Assembly: GCA_937891195.1 (NCBI GenBank)
Contig: CALAFJ010000017.1
Coordinates: 6,770-70,769 of the forward strand
Source: an uncultured Clostridia bacterium
Lineage (GTDB): Bacteria > Bacillota > Clostridia > Oscillospirales > Acutalibacteraceae
DNA: 64,000 bases
Reading direction: 5' to 3'
In this document: piece after piece, positions 45,876-56,430 of the stretch
Numbering within the stretch: position 1 is the first letter of the stretch
Layout: every line of letters starts with the position of its first letter
Program-made: the position numbers and the translations under genes
The notes under the pieces: model-generated
Told to the model about the DNA's origin: nothing
The model's input: only the letters and a program-made list of their open reading frames with translations
The model's database searches: none

Positions 45876-47639
45876 ATGCCTTTGCCGGAAGCCTTTATAC
45901 AGGAGCTTCTGCTGAAAAACGATATTGAGAGCGTCGCGTCCGGGTATATGACCCTCCGGCGCCGGGGCCGCAATCTGGTGGGGCTGTGTCCCTTCCATGG
46001 GGAAAAGACCCCCTCTTTCAACCTCTATCCGGAGAACAATTCTTTCTATTGTTTCGGCTGCGGGGCGGGGGGCGACGTGATCACCTTTGTCAAGCGGATT
46101 GAAAATCTGGACTATATGGACGCCGTGCGGTTCTTGGCCGATCGGGCGGGGATGCGGATGCCGGAGAACAGCCGGGAGAACGATGCCGCCGCCCGGATGC
46201 GGCTGCGGATCTTGGAGGCGAACCGGGAGGCTGCCCGGCTGTACCATAAGGCGCTGTACAGCCCCGAGGGGCAGGTGGCGCTGGACTATTTTCACCGCCG
46301 GGGGTATACCGACGCCACCATCCGCCATTTTGGGCTGGGCTTTGCACCGCCCGGGTGGGATTATTTGCTGAAAGGGCTGCGGGACAAGGGCTTCCACCCG
46401 GAGGAGCTGACCGCCGGATTTCTGGCGGCCAAGGGGCGCAACGGCGGGCTGTACGACGTATTCCGCAACCGGGTGATCATCCCCATCATCGACATTCGGG
46501 GCAATGTGGTGGCCTTTGGCGGACGGGTGCTGGACGATTCCAAGCCCAAGTATATCAACACCGAGAGCACTCCGGCGTACAGCAAGAGCCGCAACCTGTT
46601 CGCCCTCAACTTTGCCAAAAGCGCCGGACGGGAGCTGAACCTGTGCGAGGGCTATATGGATGCCATCGCCATGCATCAGGCAGGATTCACCAATACGGTG
46701 GCGGCGCTGGGGACGGCGTTCCCCGATGAGCAGATTCAGCTCATCGCCCGGTACGCCGACCGGATCAACCTTATTTTTGATGCCGACGGAGCGGGACAAA
46801 AAGCCACCGCCCGTGCCATCGAACGGCTGCGCAAGACCGGGCTGGATGTGCGGGTGGTCTCCATCCCCGATGGCAAGGACCCGGACGAGTTCATCAAGCG
46901 CAACGGTCCTGAGGCCTTTAAGCTGCTGCTGGAGCGCTCCGCCAATGCGGTGGAGCATCAGCTGCTGGGGATCGGTCAGCGCCACGATATCCAAACCTCC
47001 AACGGCAAGATCGCTTATCTGAAAGAGGCGGTGGCGGTGCTGGCGGCGCTGGATAGCCCGGTGGAGCGGGATGTGTATGCCGGACGGCTGTCGCAGCTGC
47101 TGTCCACCTCCAAGGATGCCATCCTGCAGGAGATCGACCGCGCCCGCCGCAGCCGCCAGCGCACCGAAACCAAGCGCCGTCTGCCGGAGCTGATGCGTAA
47201 GGAAACCCGGGAATTGGGACAGGTTAACCCCCAGGCTGCGGCACACCCCCGGGCGGCGGGGGCGGAGGAGAGTCTGCTGGGAGCGCTGCTCCAGCACCCC
47301 GATTATATCGGTCGTGCCGCTGCGCTGATTCAGCCGGAGCAGTTTGTGACGGATTTCAACCGCACGCTGTACACCCGGCTGCTGGAGCGCCATCGGCAGG
47401 GGCTGCTCATTGAGCTGGCGTTTTTGTCCGCCGATTACGATGAGCGGGATATGGCCTATATTGCCCGGATGCTGCGAGGGGCGCAGGAGCGGGCCGACAC
47501 TCCGGAGGATCTGGCGGAATATGCCGCCATCATCCGGGAAGAATACGCCCTGCGGGGCATGAGCGACCCGGCGGCCGTTTCCGATGAGGAGCTGCGCCGC
47601 ATGATGGAGGCTCTGCGGGAGAAGAAGCGCCGATCCTGA
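45876..47639 (+). CDS. dnaG: DNA primase
   Basis: The zinc-finger region is [32 protein letters not shown]. The TOPRIM region is [16 protein letters not shown]...[12 protein letters not shown]. Confidence 0.94.
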   Translation: MPLPEAFIQELLLKNDIESVASGYMTLRRRGRNLVGLCPFHGEKTPSFNLYPENNSFYCFGCGAGGDVITFVKRIENLDYMDAVRFLADRAGMRMPENSRENDAAARMRLRILEANREAARLYHKALYSPEGQVALDYFHRRGYTDATIRHFGLGFAPPGWDYLLKGLRDKGFHPEELTAGFLAAKGRNGGLYDVFRNRVIIPIIDIRGNVVAFGGRVLDDSKPKYINTESTPAYSKSRNLFALNFAKSAGRELNLCEGYMDAIAMHQAGFTNTVAALGTAFPDEQIQLIARYADRINLIFDADGAGQKATARAIERLRKTGLDVRVVSIPDGKDPDEFIKRNGPEAFKLLLERSANAVEHQLLGIGQRHDIQTSNGKIAYLKEAVAVLAALDSPVERDVYAGRLSQLLSTSKDAILQEIDRARRSRQRTETKRRLPELMRKETRELGQVNPQAAAHPRAAGAEESLLGALLQHPDYIGRAAALIQPEQFVTDFNRTLYTRLLERHRQGLLIELAFLSADYDERDMAYIARMLRGAQERADTPEDLAEYAAIIREEYALRGMSDPAAVSDEELRRMMEALREKKRRS

Positions 47640-47730
47640 GACAACACGAAACCAAATGCGCCGGGGGGACTCCCCACGGGATCGCCCCGGCCGTTTTCAG
47701 AACAGACCAGAACAGAAAGGAACATACTCT

Positions 47731-48966
47731 ATGAGCGACAAGAAGGAAAAGAACACCCCCGTTGTGGACGACGACGCGCTGGACGCGGAATTGCAGGCGG
47801 AGCGGGAGCAGCAGGCGCGGGAGGCCGCAGAGGAGCTGGAAGCCGAAGAAGAGCTGGAGGAGGCGGCGCCCGCCCCGAAAAAGGATAAAACCACCCAGCT
47901 CAACGATCTGGTGGAGCTGGGGCGCAGCAAGGGCAAGCTGACGGATCAGGAAATCATGGACGCCATGGAGAGCTTCGATTTCGATCCGGAGCAGATGGAC
48001 AAGCTCTATGAGATGCTGGAGGCCAACCACATTCAGGTGGTGGACGAGTTCGCCAATCTGCCGCTGGAGGATCTGGAGCTGGGCACCGAGGGGCAGGATA
48101 CCGACGATACCACCGAGGTCATTGCGGCGGAGAATATCTCCGTGGATGACCCGGTGAAAGCCTATCTCAAGGAGATCGGCCGGGTGCCGCTGCTGTCTCC
48201 GGAGGAGGAGACGGCGCTGGCCATGCGGATCATGGAGGGCGACGACAAGGCGAAAAAACGGCTGAGCGAGGCCAACCTCCGTCTGGTGGTCAGCATCGCC
48301 AAGCGGTATGTGGGACGGGGGATGCAATTCCTGGATCTGATCCAGGAGGGCAATCTGGGTCTGATCAAGGCGGTGGAAAAGTTCGACTATACCAAGGGCT
48401 TTAAGTTTTCCACCTACGCCACCTGGTGGATCCGGCAGGCCATCACCCGCGCCATCGCCGATCAGGCGCGCACCATCCGCATCCCGGTGCACATGGTGGA
48501 GACCATCAATAAGGTGAAGAAGGTGTCCAGCCAGCTGTTGCACAAAAACGGTCACGAGCCGTCGGCAGAGGAGATTTCCGAGGAGCTGAATATGCCGGTG
48601 GATAAGGTGCGGGAGATCATGCGGGTGGCCCAGGAGCCGGTATCGCTGGAAACCCCCATCGGCGAGGAGGAGGACAGCCATCTGGGCGATTTCATCCCCG
48701 ATGATGAAGCCCCCGCCCCGGCGGAGGCAGCCTCCCATACCCTGCTCAAGGAGCAGCTGGACGACGTGCTGATGTCTCTGACGGAACGGGAGGCCAAGGT
48801 GCTGCGCCTGCGGTTCGGTCTGGAGGACGGCCGTCCCCGTACGCTGGAGGAGGTCGGCAAGGAATTCGACGTGACCCGGGAGCGGATCCGTCAGATCGAG
48901 GCCAAGGCGCTGCGCAAGCTCCGCCACCCCAGCCGCAGCAAAAAGCTGAAGGATTTTCTGGATTGA
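47731..48966 (+). CDS. sigA: Primary RNA polymerase sigma factor
   Basis: The translation [22 protein letters not shown]......[77 protein letters not shown] is typical SigA. The gene lies downstream of dnaG. Confidence 0.96.
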   Translation: MSDKKEKNTPVVDDDALDAELQAEREQQAREAAEELEAEEELEEAAPAPKKDKTTQLNDLVELGRSKGKLTDQEIMDAMESFDFDPEQMDKLYEMLEANHIQVVDEFANLPLEDLELGTEGQDTDDTTEVIAAENISVDDPVKAYLKEIGRVPLLSPEEETALAMRIMEGDDKAKKRLSEANLRLVVSIAKRYVGRGMQFLDLIQEGNLGLIKAVEKFDYTKGFKFSTYATWWIRQAITRAIADQARTIRIPVHMVETINKVKKVSSQLLHKNGHEPSAEEISEELNMPVDKVREIMRVAQEPVSLETPIGEEEDSHLGDFIPDDEAPAPAEAASHTLLKEQLDDVLMSLTEREAKVLRLRFGLEDGRPRTLEEVGKEFDVTRERIRQIEAKALRKLRHPSRSKKLKDFLD

Positions 48967-49203
48967 ACTCAGATGTGCCGTCCCCGCAGGGGACGGCACG
49001 GCCGAGCGTCGGCGGAATGCCTGTCGGCCGGCGCAGCTGAGCCCGGTGTATCCCCCGGACGCGCGCTTTCGGGCGCTGCGGCCGGGGGTTTTTATGCTCT
49101 GCCGAAAAATGAAATGAAAAACGAGAATCGGAGCAAACGGTAGCAAAATCGAGAGAAAACGAGAGATTGAGGGATGTAAATGAAAAATTCCGGATTTTAG
49201 GGG

Positions 49204-49232
49204 TTGACAGCCGTTTTCGCCTGTGGTATGAT
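49204..49232 (+). promoter_or_regulatory. Sigma-A promoter (TTGACA-17-TATGAT) for rplM-rpsI
   Basis: A consensus -35 is at 49204-49209 and the -10 at 49227-49232. An A-rich UP-like tract lies upstream. Confidence 0.6.
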
Positions 49233-49239
49233 AGCGAAC

Positions 49240-49365
49240 GTTCCGCAGAAAAGCGGCGTTTTCCCGCACGTCTCACGGTGTCGGACGAGCCGCCCGTATG
49301 CAAGATATCCGGTACCGTCGGTTGCCCCGACGGTGCGCTCAACGCTTAATTAGGAGGAAACTACA
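49240..49365 (+). promoter_or_regulatory. rplM 5-prime leader (possible L13-leader-type autoregulatory RNA)
   Basis: A ~125-nt structured untranslated leader lies between the promoter and the rplM RBS. It is assigned only by position, by analogy with Firmicutes L13 leaders. Confidence 0.3.
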
Positions 49366-49791
49366 ATGACTTTTATGGCAAAAGCTGGTCAGGTCGAGCG
49401 TAAGTGGTACGTCATCGACGCTGCCGGTAAACCCCTGGGCCGTGTCGCTGTGCAGGCCGCCGTGCTGCTGCGCGGCAAGCATAAGCCCACCTTCACCCCT
49501 CATGTGGATTGCGGGGACAATGTGATCATCATCAACTGCGCCCAGGCCGTGCTGACCGGCAAGAAGCCGGAGCAGAAGCTGTGGCAGCGCCACACCGGCT
49601 GGATCGGCAACCTGAAGACCACCAAGTACGCCACGCTGATGGCGCAGCGCCCGGAGAAGGCGATGGAGCTGGCTGTGGGCGGCATGATCCCCAACAACAC
49701 CATCGGCCGCGCGGCGGAGACCCGTCTGCATTGCTATGCCGGCGCGGAGCATCCCCATGCGTCCCAGAAACCCGAAGCGATCGAGCTGTAA
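49366..49791 (+). CDS. rplM: 50S ribosomal protein L13
   Basis: The translation KWYVIDAAGKPLGRVA...A.LLRGKHKPTFTPH.D.GD.VIIIN is typical L13. Confidence 0.96.
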   Translation: MTFMAKAGQVERKWYVIDAAGKPLGRVAVQAAVLLRGKHKPTFTPHVDCGDNVIIINCAQAVLTGKKPEQKLWQRHTGWIGNLKTTKYATLMAQRPEKAMELAVGGMIPNNTIGRAAETRLHCYAGAEHPHASQKPEAIEL

Positions 49792-49815
49792 TTGAGATTG
49801 AAGGAGGCTATTACA

Positions 49816-50220
49816 ATGGATTACAATGCAAGACCCTTTTTCTATGGCACCGGCCGCCGGAAATCCTCTGTTGCTCGGGTGCGCCTGTACCAGGGCACCG
49901 GCAAGGTGACCATCAACGGTCGTGACATCGACGACTATTTCGGCCTGGAGACCCTGAAGCTGATCGTGCGTCAGCCGCTGGCTCTGACCGGTCTGACCGA
50001 GAAATTCGACGTGGAATGCCGGGTAGCCGGCGGCGGTGTGACCGGCCAGGCCGGCGCCATCCGTCACGGCATCGCCCGTGCGCTGCTGCAGTATGACAGC
50101 GAGAATCTGCGCTCTTCTCTGAAGAAAGCGGGCTTCCTGACCCGCGATCCTCGTATGAAGGAGCGGAAGAAATACGGCCTCAAAGCCGCCCGTCGCGCTC
50201 CGCAGTTCAGCAAGCGCTGA
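49816..50220 (+). CDS. rpsI: 30S ribosomal protein S9
   Basis: The translation [18 protein letters not shown]...INGR....YF........RQPL.......FD....[18 protein letters not shown]........[28 protein letters not shown] is typical S9. The ATG at 49816 follows GAAGGAGG. Confidence 0.96.
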   Translation: MDYNARPFFYGTGRRKSSVARVRLYQGTGKVTINGRDIDDYFGLETLKLIVRQPLALTGLTEKFDVECRVAGGGVTGQAGAIRHGIARALLQYDSENLRSSLKKAGFLTRDPRMKERKKYGLKAARRAPQFSKR

Positions 50221-50295
50221 TCACCCGCGATTTTACAACCAAATTGCTTCAAAAGCCCCGGAAAATCAAGGTTTTCCGGGGTTTTCTTATATCCG
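50177..50295. repeat. Left direct repeat (attL-like): the last ~44 nt of rpsI plus its terminator
   Basis: It is repeated at 56543-56662 with only about 3 substitutions over the first ~105 nt. Confidence 0.85.
50256..50287 (+). terminator. rpsI rho-independent terminator (duplicated at about 56622-56653)
   Basis: A CCCCGGAAAA / TTTTCCGGGG stem is followed by TTTTC. Confidence 0.72.
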
Positions 50296-50622
50296 CCGCG
50301 TTTGTTCTGCTTTCAAAAAATCTGATGGGATCAGACCCGGTTTGACGCGATCATTTCATGTTAATGATGGGCTAAGTGCCGTTTTTGACCCCGAAACTGT
50401 TAACGGATGGGCTAATTTTGGGGGGGTGCTCATGCGGTCATCCGGAGCAGATCGCCTCTGCATAAAAAATGAATAAAAGCTCCGAAAAACGGTTTCACCG
50501 GGTTTGAAACGGTTTGACCAAACCGAATGAACTTTATCATTTTTCGCAGGGCAAATGCCGCCGCAGGATCGATAAGTTGAGTACGGCCTGCTATGCTGAC
50601 GGCAGAAGGGACGGTATTGAGA

Positions 50623-50663
50623 AAAGCATCTCGAACCCTATCATATAGGGTTCGAGATGCTTT
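50623..50663 (-). terminator. Perfect 19-bp-stem hairpin downstream of the ATPase gene
   Basis: AAAGCATCTCGAACCCTAT-CAT-ATAGGGTTCGAGATGCTTT. A T-rich run follows on the minus strand. Confidence 0.6.
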
Positions 50664-50688
50664 CACTTTTAAACCAGCACTTTTGGGT

Positions 50689-52038
50689 TTAAAACTTGAA
50701 CCTATCCGCGGAAATGTCAACAAATTCGATCGGATCGTCTTGTAGGAACATTACCATATAGATAGGGAGATAGGTCAGCTTTCCATTGGTCCTTATATTA
50801 TCGTTTGTAAAAATGTAAGCTTCTTCTATTCCGTATTCTGTGACGGCCATCACATTGTCCAGTGCCGAGTGCTTTTCATAATCTTTTCCGCTCTTTACCT
50901 CAATAGGAAGCACCCGCCCTGCGTGCTCGACTACAAAATCAAGCTCGCCCTTTTTCTTGCTGTTGTAATAGTACAGCGGATAGCCGTGGGCATGAAGCTC
51001 TTGCGCCACCACGTTTTCATATACAGCACCTTTGTTGACATCCTTTTCCTTGCTGACGATCTTCAGCTTGCAGGCTTTTCCGTATATGGTCGTGAGCAGT
51101 CCTACATCTGACAGGAACAGCTTAAATAGTGTGCTCTTTTCATTCAGCATAAGCGGCACTGTGGGTTCCGTAGTGTTAAATACGCCCAAAGCGACACCGG
51201 CTTTCCAAAGCCATATGAAGCTGTCCTCGACCCGATCATAGCGCAGTCCTTTTTTAATGTCCGCGATCATAAACCGCTTGTTCTTCTCGTTCAGCTCCGC
51301 CGGGATAAGCTCGTAGATATGCGCGATGATCAGCTTGCGGTTTTCCGCTTCATACTGCGTAAAATCCAATTTATACTGCTCAATGATGGCTCTGTGCTCA
51401 TCCATTACATCGTCGATACTGCCAGTCATCCGATACTTTTCCACCGCAGCAGGCATACCACCGATGATCAAGTAGAGATTAAACATCTCCATGATCTTAC
51501 CGTGGATCACATCGTCTACAGGTGTTTTCGCGGCAAACGCTTTCCGCAGCACGTCCAATACAGGCTGGCCTACATTGAATACTTGCAGAAATTCTTCAAA
51601 GTCCAGGGGGTACATATTGAGCGTCTGCAGATAGCCGACCGGTGCGGACCTCAAGTTCACGATCTCCACGCCTAAAAGTGAGCCGGACAGAATATATCGA
51701 AACCGCTTATCCTCCACAAGGAATTTAATTTTAGTAACGATCTCCTTATATTTCTGAATTTCATCAAAGAAAAAGAAAGTCTTGCCGGGAACGATCTTCT
51801 TATCGCTGTACAGAGACAGCTTGAGAATTAGGTCGTCTATACCCGTCGCTCCGCTTAGGATATCTACAATTTCCGGTTGCCGTATCAGATTAAATTCGAT
51901 GTAGTCGCAGCCTGCAGTCTTTAGGCATTCACGGATAATAAATGTCTTTCCTGCTTGGCGGACACCATATACCAGCAGAGCTCGGTCACTTCCCTCGATC
52001 CAGTGCATAATGTCCTTCTCGATTTTTCTTTTCAGCAT
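50689..52038 (-). CDS. AAA-family ATPase with a DUF4143-type C-terminus
   Basis: A Walker A motif is present (LLVYGVRQAGKTF). A Walker B-like motif is FFFFDEIQ. The length and architecture are those of the common ATP-binding protein (AAA_14/DUF4143) family. The ATG at 52038 follows GAGGTGAT. Confidence 0.8.
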   Translation of the reverse strand: MLKRKIEKDIMHWIEGSDRALLVYGVRQAGKTFIIRECLKTAGCDYIEFNLIRQPEIVDILSGATGIDDLILKLSLYSDKKIVPGKTFFFFDEIQKYKEIVTKIKFLVEDKRFRYILSGSLLGVEIVNLRSAPVGYLQTLNMYPLDFEEFLQVFNVGQPVLDVLRKAFAAKTPVDDVIHGKIMEMFNLYLIIGGMPAAVEKYRMTGSIDDVMDEHRAIIEQYKLDFTQYEAENRKLIIAHIYELIPAELNEKNKRFMIADIKKGLRYDRVEDSFIWLWKAGVALGVFNTTEPTVPLMLNEKSTLFKLFLSDVGLLTTIYGKACKLKIVSKEKDVNKGAVYENVVAQELHAHGYPLYYYNSKKKGELDFVVEHAGRVLPIEVKSGKDYEKHSALDNVMAVTEYGIEEAYIFTNDNIRTNGKLTYLPIYMVMFLQDDPIEFVDISADRFKF

Positions 52039-52275
52039 TATTATCACCTCTACGGCTATTCTGTGCATTTTCCAAGAATACTATACCACGATTTTGACAT
52101 TTTTCAAGGGGCTCAGACCTGTAAATTGACATTTTTTCTTTTATTATGGCATCAATGAGGAAAACTGTGCAGCTGGCAAAAGCAAAAGCCACACGGCTTT
52201 TTCTGTACCCGGCATTACATAGCTGTCCGCCATCGCCGCAGGCAGCTAAATTTACAGACAAGGAGGAATCCCAAA

Positions 52276-53097
52276 GTGGCGAATGGTAAAGTGATCGCCG
52301 TAGCCAACCAAAAGGGCGGCGTCGGCAAAAGCACCAGCGTCTATTGCATCGGCGCGGGGCTTGCCATGGACGGCAAACGAGTTTTGCTTGTGGATGTTGA
52401 CCCGCAGGGCGATCTCACCAAGATGCTCGGTCAGCGCAAGCCCCATGAGCTGCCGCATACCCTGTCGGAGCAGATGAACGCCGTTGTGCAGAACAAAACC
52501 GAGCCGGAGCACCCGGAGATCCTGCACCATCATGAAGGCTTTGATTTTGTCCCTGCCAACCGCAGCCTATCGGCGGTGGAGGTGGGGTTGGTCAATGTCA
52601 TGAGCCGTGAAACCGTGCTCAGACGCTATCTGGACGGCATCAAGCAGGATTACGACTATGTGCTGCTGGATTGCCGCCCGTCGCTGGGTATGTTGGTCAT
52701 CAATGCCCTGTCGGCTGCGGATCATGTACTCATCCCGGTGCAGGCGGACTATCTGGCCGCTGAGGACATGACGGAGCTTGTGGGTACGGTGCAGAGCATC
52801 CGGCAGCAGATCAATCCCAAGCTGAAAATCGGCGGTGTCTTTCTGACGATGGCGAATGACACAAACTTCCGCAAAGACATTGTGGTCGGGGTAAAAGAAA
52901 ACTTTGGCAAGCATCTGCCCGTACTGGATGCCGTCATTCCCGCTACGGTGCGGCTGGCGGAGATCAGCACGGCAGACAAGAGCATCTTCCGGCATGAGCC
53001 GCGCGGACGGGCTGCCGCGGCCTACGGTGCGCTGGTAAAGGAGGTGGAACGCATTGGCGAAAAGCAACGCATCCGAGATGCTGACATCACTCGATAG
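52276..53097 (+). CDS. parA: ParA/Soj-family partition ATPase
   Basis: The translation KVIAVANQKGGVGKSTS carries a deviant Walker A motif. ...VLLVDVDPQGDLT...YDYVLLDCRPSLG is also present. A GTG start follows AGGAGGA. Confidence 0.9.
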   Translation: MANGKVIAVANQKGGVGKSTSVYCIGAGLAMDGKRVLLVDVDPQGDLTKMLGQRKPHELPHTLSEQMNAVVQNKTEPEHPEILHHHEGFDFVPANRSLSAVEVGLVNVMSRETVLRRYLDGIKQDYDYVLLDCRPSLGMLVINALSAADHVLIPVQADYLAAEDMTELVGTVQSIRQQINPKLKIGGVFLTMANDTNFRKDIVVGVKENFGKHLPVLDAVIPATVRLAEISTADKSIFRHEPRGRAAAAYGALVKEVERIGEKQRIRDADITR

Positions 53098-53989
53098 CCT
53101 GTTTACCACACAGGAGCAGCGGGACGAAGCCAAGCGCGACAGTGTGCAGGACATCCCGCTTGCCCAAATCAGCGATTTCCCCGAACATCCCTTCAAGGTA
53201 AAGCAGGACGAGGCCATGATGGAAATGGCGGAGAGTGTGCGGCAATACGGCGTCTTGGTGCCGGGGCTTGTGCGGCAGTTGGAGGACGGCAGTTATCAGA
53301 TGGTATCGGGACACCGGCGCAAGCTGGCTAGCGTCCTGGCAGGACGGGACACGATCCCCTGCATCGTGCGCAACCTGACGGATGATGAAGCCGTTATTAT
53401 CATGGTGGACAGCAATCTCCAGCGCGAGCGCGTATTGCCGTCGGAAAAGGCATTTGCCTATAAAATGAAGCTGGATGCCATGCGAAGGCAGCAAGGAGAG
53501 CGGACAGATTTAACTTCTGCCCCACTGGGGCAGAAGTTTGACGGAAAGACTTCCCGTGAGCTTCTGGCGATAGAATCACCGGATAGTCACAGCCAAATCC
53601 AGCGCTATATCCGCCTCACCAACCTCATCCCGGAAATTCTGGACATGGTGGATGAAGGTCGGATCGCCTTTCGCCCTGCGGTAGAGCTATCCTACCTTGC
53701 CGAACAGGAGCAGCGCACTCTTTATGACACCATGGGGTGTGAGGACTGCACGCCGTCGCTTGCACAGGCCATTAAGATGAAGGCGTTCAGCCGCGACGGG
53801 AAGCTGACTGATGCGGTGATCCTGTCCATCATGGAGGAGGAAAAGCCCAACCAACGGGAACAATTCCGCTTGCCGCGAGATCGTATCAATAGATTTTTTA
53901 AGCCGGGGACGCCCGCGCAGACGATCGAGGATACGATCATCCGGGCATTGGAGCTGTATCGCAAGCGGCAGCGGGATATGGAACGATAG
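53054..53989 (+). CDS. parB: ParB-like nuclease-domain protein (mobile-element type)
   Basis: The translation DIPLAQISDFPEHPFKV.QDEAMMEMAESVRQYGVLVPGLVR....G.YQMVSGHRR..A...AG.DTIPCIVRNLTDDEA.IIMVDSNLQRE is the ParB pattern. The start is uncertain: TTG at 53054 or ATG at 53078. Confidence 0.85.
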   Translation: MAKSNASEMLTSLDSLFTTQEQRDEAKRDSVQDIPLAQISDFPEHPFKVKQDEAMMEMAESVRQYGVLVPGLVRQLEDGSYQMVSGHRRKLASVLAGRDTIPCIVRNLTDDEAVIIMVDSNLQRERVLPSEKAFAYKMKLDAMRRQQGERTDLTSAPLGQKFDGKTSRELLAIESPDSHSQIQRYIRLTNLIPEILDMVDEGRIAFRPAVELSYLAEQEQRTLYDTMGCEDCTPSLAQAIKMKAFSRDGKLTDAVILSIMEEEKPNQREQFRLPRDRINRFFKPGTPAQTIEDTIIRALELYRKRQRDMER

Positions 53990-54168
53990 ATTTTTCCGCC
54001 AAGGGACAGGTCTGCCCTGCAAAATGCGGATGTATCGGCGCGGCGCTTCACCGCTCCCCCTCTCCACACCTCACCCCCTCAAAAACCTGCTGTACCTGCC
54101 GAAAAAAGAGATAGCGTTGCGTCGATTTCAGCCTTCGGGTACAATAACGGCGAAAGGAGGTCGTTTTC

Positions 54169-54873
54169 ATGAAACAGATCCTGGTTTTTGTGTTTTCGGT
54201 GGGTATCCTGCTGCTTTCCGCCTGTGCCGCGCAGTCAAATGCGCCGGAAACATCCACAGCAAGCGACCGGGCAGGCATAACAGAGAGCACCTTGCCCCGA
54301 CAGGAGGAGCCAATTTATTCTTCGGCCGGTAATGAAATCGCTGAAACCATCCCCACAGAAAGCACGATGCAACCGACGCAGCCCACAGAACCGCAACCGG
54401 GCGTTACCGCAGAACCGCCGCTCACAACAACACCGCCGACGCAAAAGCCCACGCAGCCGCCCCAAGCGCCGCAGGAAACGGCAGAAACAAAGCCGCCCGA
54501 AATCATCACACAGCCCTCCGAAGCGCCGACCGAGCCACCGGATACAGCATCTGATCCCGTCTACACACAGGCAGACTTTGACAGGATCATCTCGGAAGTC
54601 AGAGCTTATGCGGAAAGCTATGCGGCACAGGGCTTTCGCTTTATCTGGACGGACAGTATGGCGTTTTCCCAGGATGTCGGATACTTCGGGACGCCGTATC
54701 TCCGACAGGAAGGCGTGGACGGCACGATCAGCCGACTGCAATACCATGTGGATAAGATCGTCAAAACTTCCACCGATCCGGCCAACGGTGTGACCGTATC
54801 CGAAATGAGCTACAAGGTCGTACAGATCGAACGGAACGGAGAGATCGCTTTTGCCGTCATTTACGGCGGCTGA
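54169..54873 (+). CDS. Hypothetical lipoprotein with a Pro/Thr/Gln-rich linker
   Basis: The translation MKQILVFVFSVGILLLSAC has a lipobox. It is followed by a PTQPTEPQP...TQKPTQPPQAPQ linker and a ~110-aa C-terminal domain. Confidence 0.7.
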   Translation: MKQILVFVFSVGILLLSACAAQSNAPETSTASDRAGITESTLPRQEEPIYSSAGNEIAETIPTESTMQPTQPTEPQPGVTAEPPLTTTPPTQKPTQPPQAPQETAETKPPEIITQPSEAPTEPPDTASDPVYTQADFDRIISEVRAYAESYAAQGFRFIWTDSMAFSQDVGYFGTPYLRQEGVDGTISRLQYHVDKIVKTSTDPANGVTVSEMSYKVVQIERNGEIAFAVIYGG

Positions 54874-54894
54874 ACAACTTCATATCAAGCAGAA

Positions 54895-54925
54895 GCACCG
54901 TCTTTTTTCGGACGGTGTTTTTTTG
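54895..54925 (+). terminator. Rho-independent terminator
   Basis: A GCACCGTC / GACGGTG stem is followed by TTTTTTT. Confidence 0.65.
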
Positions 54926-54952
54926 CGCCCAAAACAAGGAGGAACGAACAGA

Positions 54953-55504
54953 ATGAACCGAAAAATCACCAAGCTCGGCAGCTTGCTGCTTGCCTTTACG
55001 CTGCTGCTGTCATCCATGCTCCCCATCACCGCCTCGGCGGCATCCGGCGTGACCATGGATCTGACTAACTGCCATGTCAGCTGGGACTACACACTGACCG
55101 ACGAGGACGGCAACGCTTTCACCGCTGCATACGGCGTCAGGGCCGAGGACAATCCTTTCGGCGGAGCCGTATCACCCGCCGTGCGGAAAATGCACGACTA
55201 CACCGCCAAGCGAAACGGGCTGACCGGCTCCAGAGCGGATTGGACTTACGGAGCAGACTATGTGTACTGCTTTTGCATCGAACACGGTGTACCGCTCCCG
55301 AACAATTACGAATATGCGGGGTCAAGCGATCCGAACCACGGCAACAAATATCAGATGCTTTCCAACGAGCAGAAGGATCTGTTGGCGCTGGCACTGACCT
55401 ATGGCTACCCCAACCGTGTGGGCTTGCAGACCAGCAAGGACGCAAACGCCTGCTACGCCGAAACATCATTCCGTATCTCGGAGAGAAGAAGATCGCGGAT
55501 GTGA
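54953..55504 (+). pseudogene. N-terminal ~170-aa stub of a large secreted surface protein (thioester/TQXA-type adhesin-like), truncated by deletion
   Basis: A signal peptide MNRKITKLGSLLLAFTLLLSSMLPITASA is present. YCFCIEHG and LTYGYPN...ANACYAET resemble the thioester-domain N-termini of conjugative-element adhesins. The frame runs into out-of-frame integrase sequence after about 55460 and stops at 55504. Confidence 0.5.
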
Positions 55505-56430
55505 CTTTGGATGATATTCAGCTTGCCCTTGTGCCGGTTTCCCAAAAATCCGCTTCGGTGTATAAGTCGGTCATCGTGATCTATAAGTGCATTTTCCGTG
55601 CGGCAGAGGAAAGCCGGATCATCAGCAAAAATCCCACAGTGTATTTGTCGCCCCAGGGCGGCGGTGTCCCGCAGGGAGAGAAGCAGCCGTTGACGGATGA
55701 ACAGGTGCAGCGGCTGTTGGATGCGGTTCGTGAATTGCCGCCCTATGTCTTTATCATGCTGGGGCTATACGCCGGTTTGCGGCGGGAAGAAATTCTCGGT
55801 CTGCAATGGGATTCGGTCTACCTGGACACTGAAGCGCCGTATTTGACTGTGCGCAGAGCGTGGCATGTGCCGACCCCATATATTTCTGTCCGGCGTGCAT
55901 GGCGGGGAAGCCACCGGAAAGAGCCGGAGATCTCTACCGTATTAAAAACTCCGGCATCCAGAAGGGATATTCCCATTCCAAAGTGTTTGGTAGAGTGTCT
56001 GCGAGAGGCAAAGCGATCTTCCAAATCTGCCTTTGTGATTTCAAATCGTAAGGGTGGCCCCCTTTCTGAGGGAGAGTTTGTGGGAGTTTGGTACCATGTT
56101 AAAAGCCGCACCGCAGGAGAGAAAATCAGCTACAAGTATGTGAATGGGGAACACATCCGTTATACGACCTGCCCCATTCTCGGAAGCCATCGGAAAGGCT
56201 TCCCGAACCATGTGTATAGTCTGGATTTCCATGTGACCCCGCACCAGCTTCGCCACACATACATTACGAACCTCTTATATATGGGTGTAGACCCCAAGAC
56301 CGTGCAATATCTCGCCGGGCATAAAAACAGTAAAACAACTATGGACATTTATGCAAAAATCAAGTATAATAAACCTCAAGAGCTTTTCCCTGTCGTAAAC
56401 GCTGCGTTACGGCCTGTCGCAATGCCTTGA
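55462..56430 (+). pseudogene. Tyrosine integrase lacking its N-terminal (~70-90 aa) arm-binding region and its own start codon
   Basis: From NIIPYLGEKKIADVTLDDIQ onward there is a typical core-binding domain plus a catalytic domain (LYAGLRREEILGL, HQLRHTYITN, LAGHKNSKTTMDIY). The upstream in-frame residues are an out-of-frame read of the surface-protein gene. Confidence 0.7.

Noticed and set aside
48975-48999. A hairpin GTGCCGTCCCC-GCA-GGGGACGGCAC right after sigA, considered as a terminator.
   Set aside because: The stem is good, but it is not followed by a U-tract. It may still act as a terminator or RNA-stability element, but it does not meet the intrinsic-terminator pattern, so it is not listed as a feature.
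50064-50252. The paired minus-strand ORFs 50064-50252 and 56376-56618, which both start [24 protein letters not shown] and look like a duplicated small gene.
   Set aside because: They are the antisense reading of the duplicated rpsI 3-prime end and terminator (the att repeats), not genes.
55840-55915. An apparent internal duplication VRRAW...VRRAW in the integrase catalytic-domain region.
   Set aside because: The two peptide copies use different codons (GTGCGCAGAGCGTGG versus GTCCGGCGTGCATGG), so this is not a recent DNA duplication. I cannot tell without an alignment whether it is a family feature.
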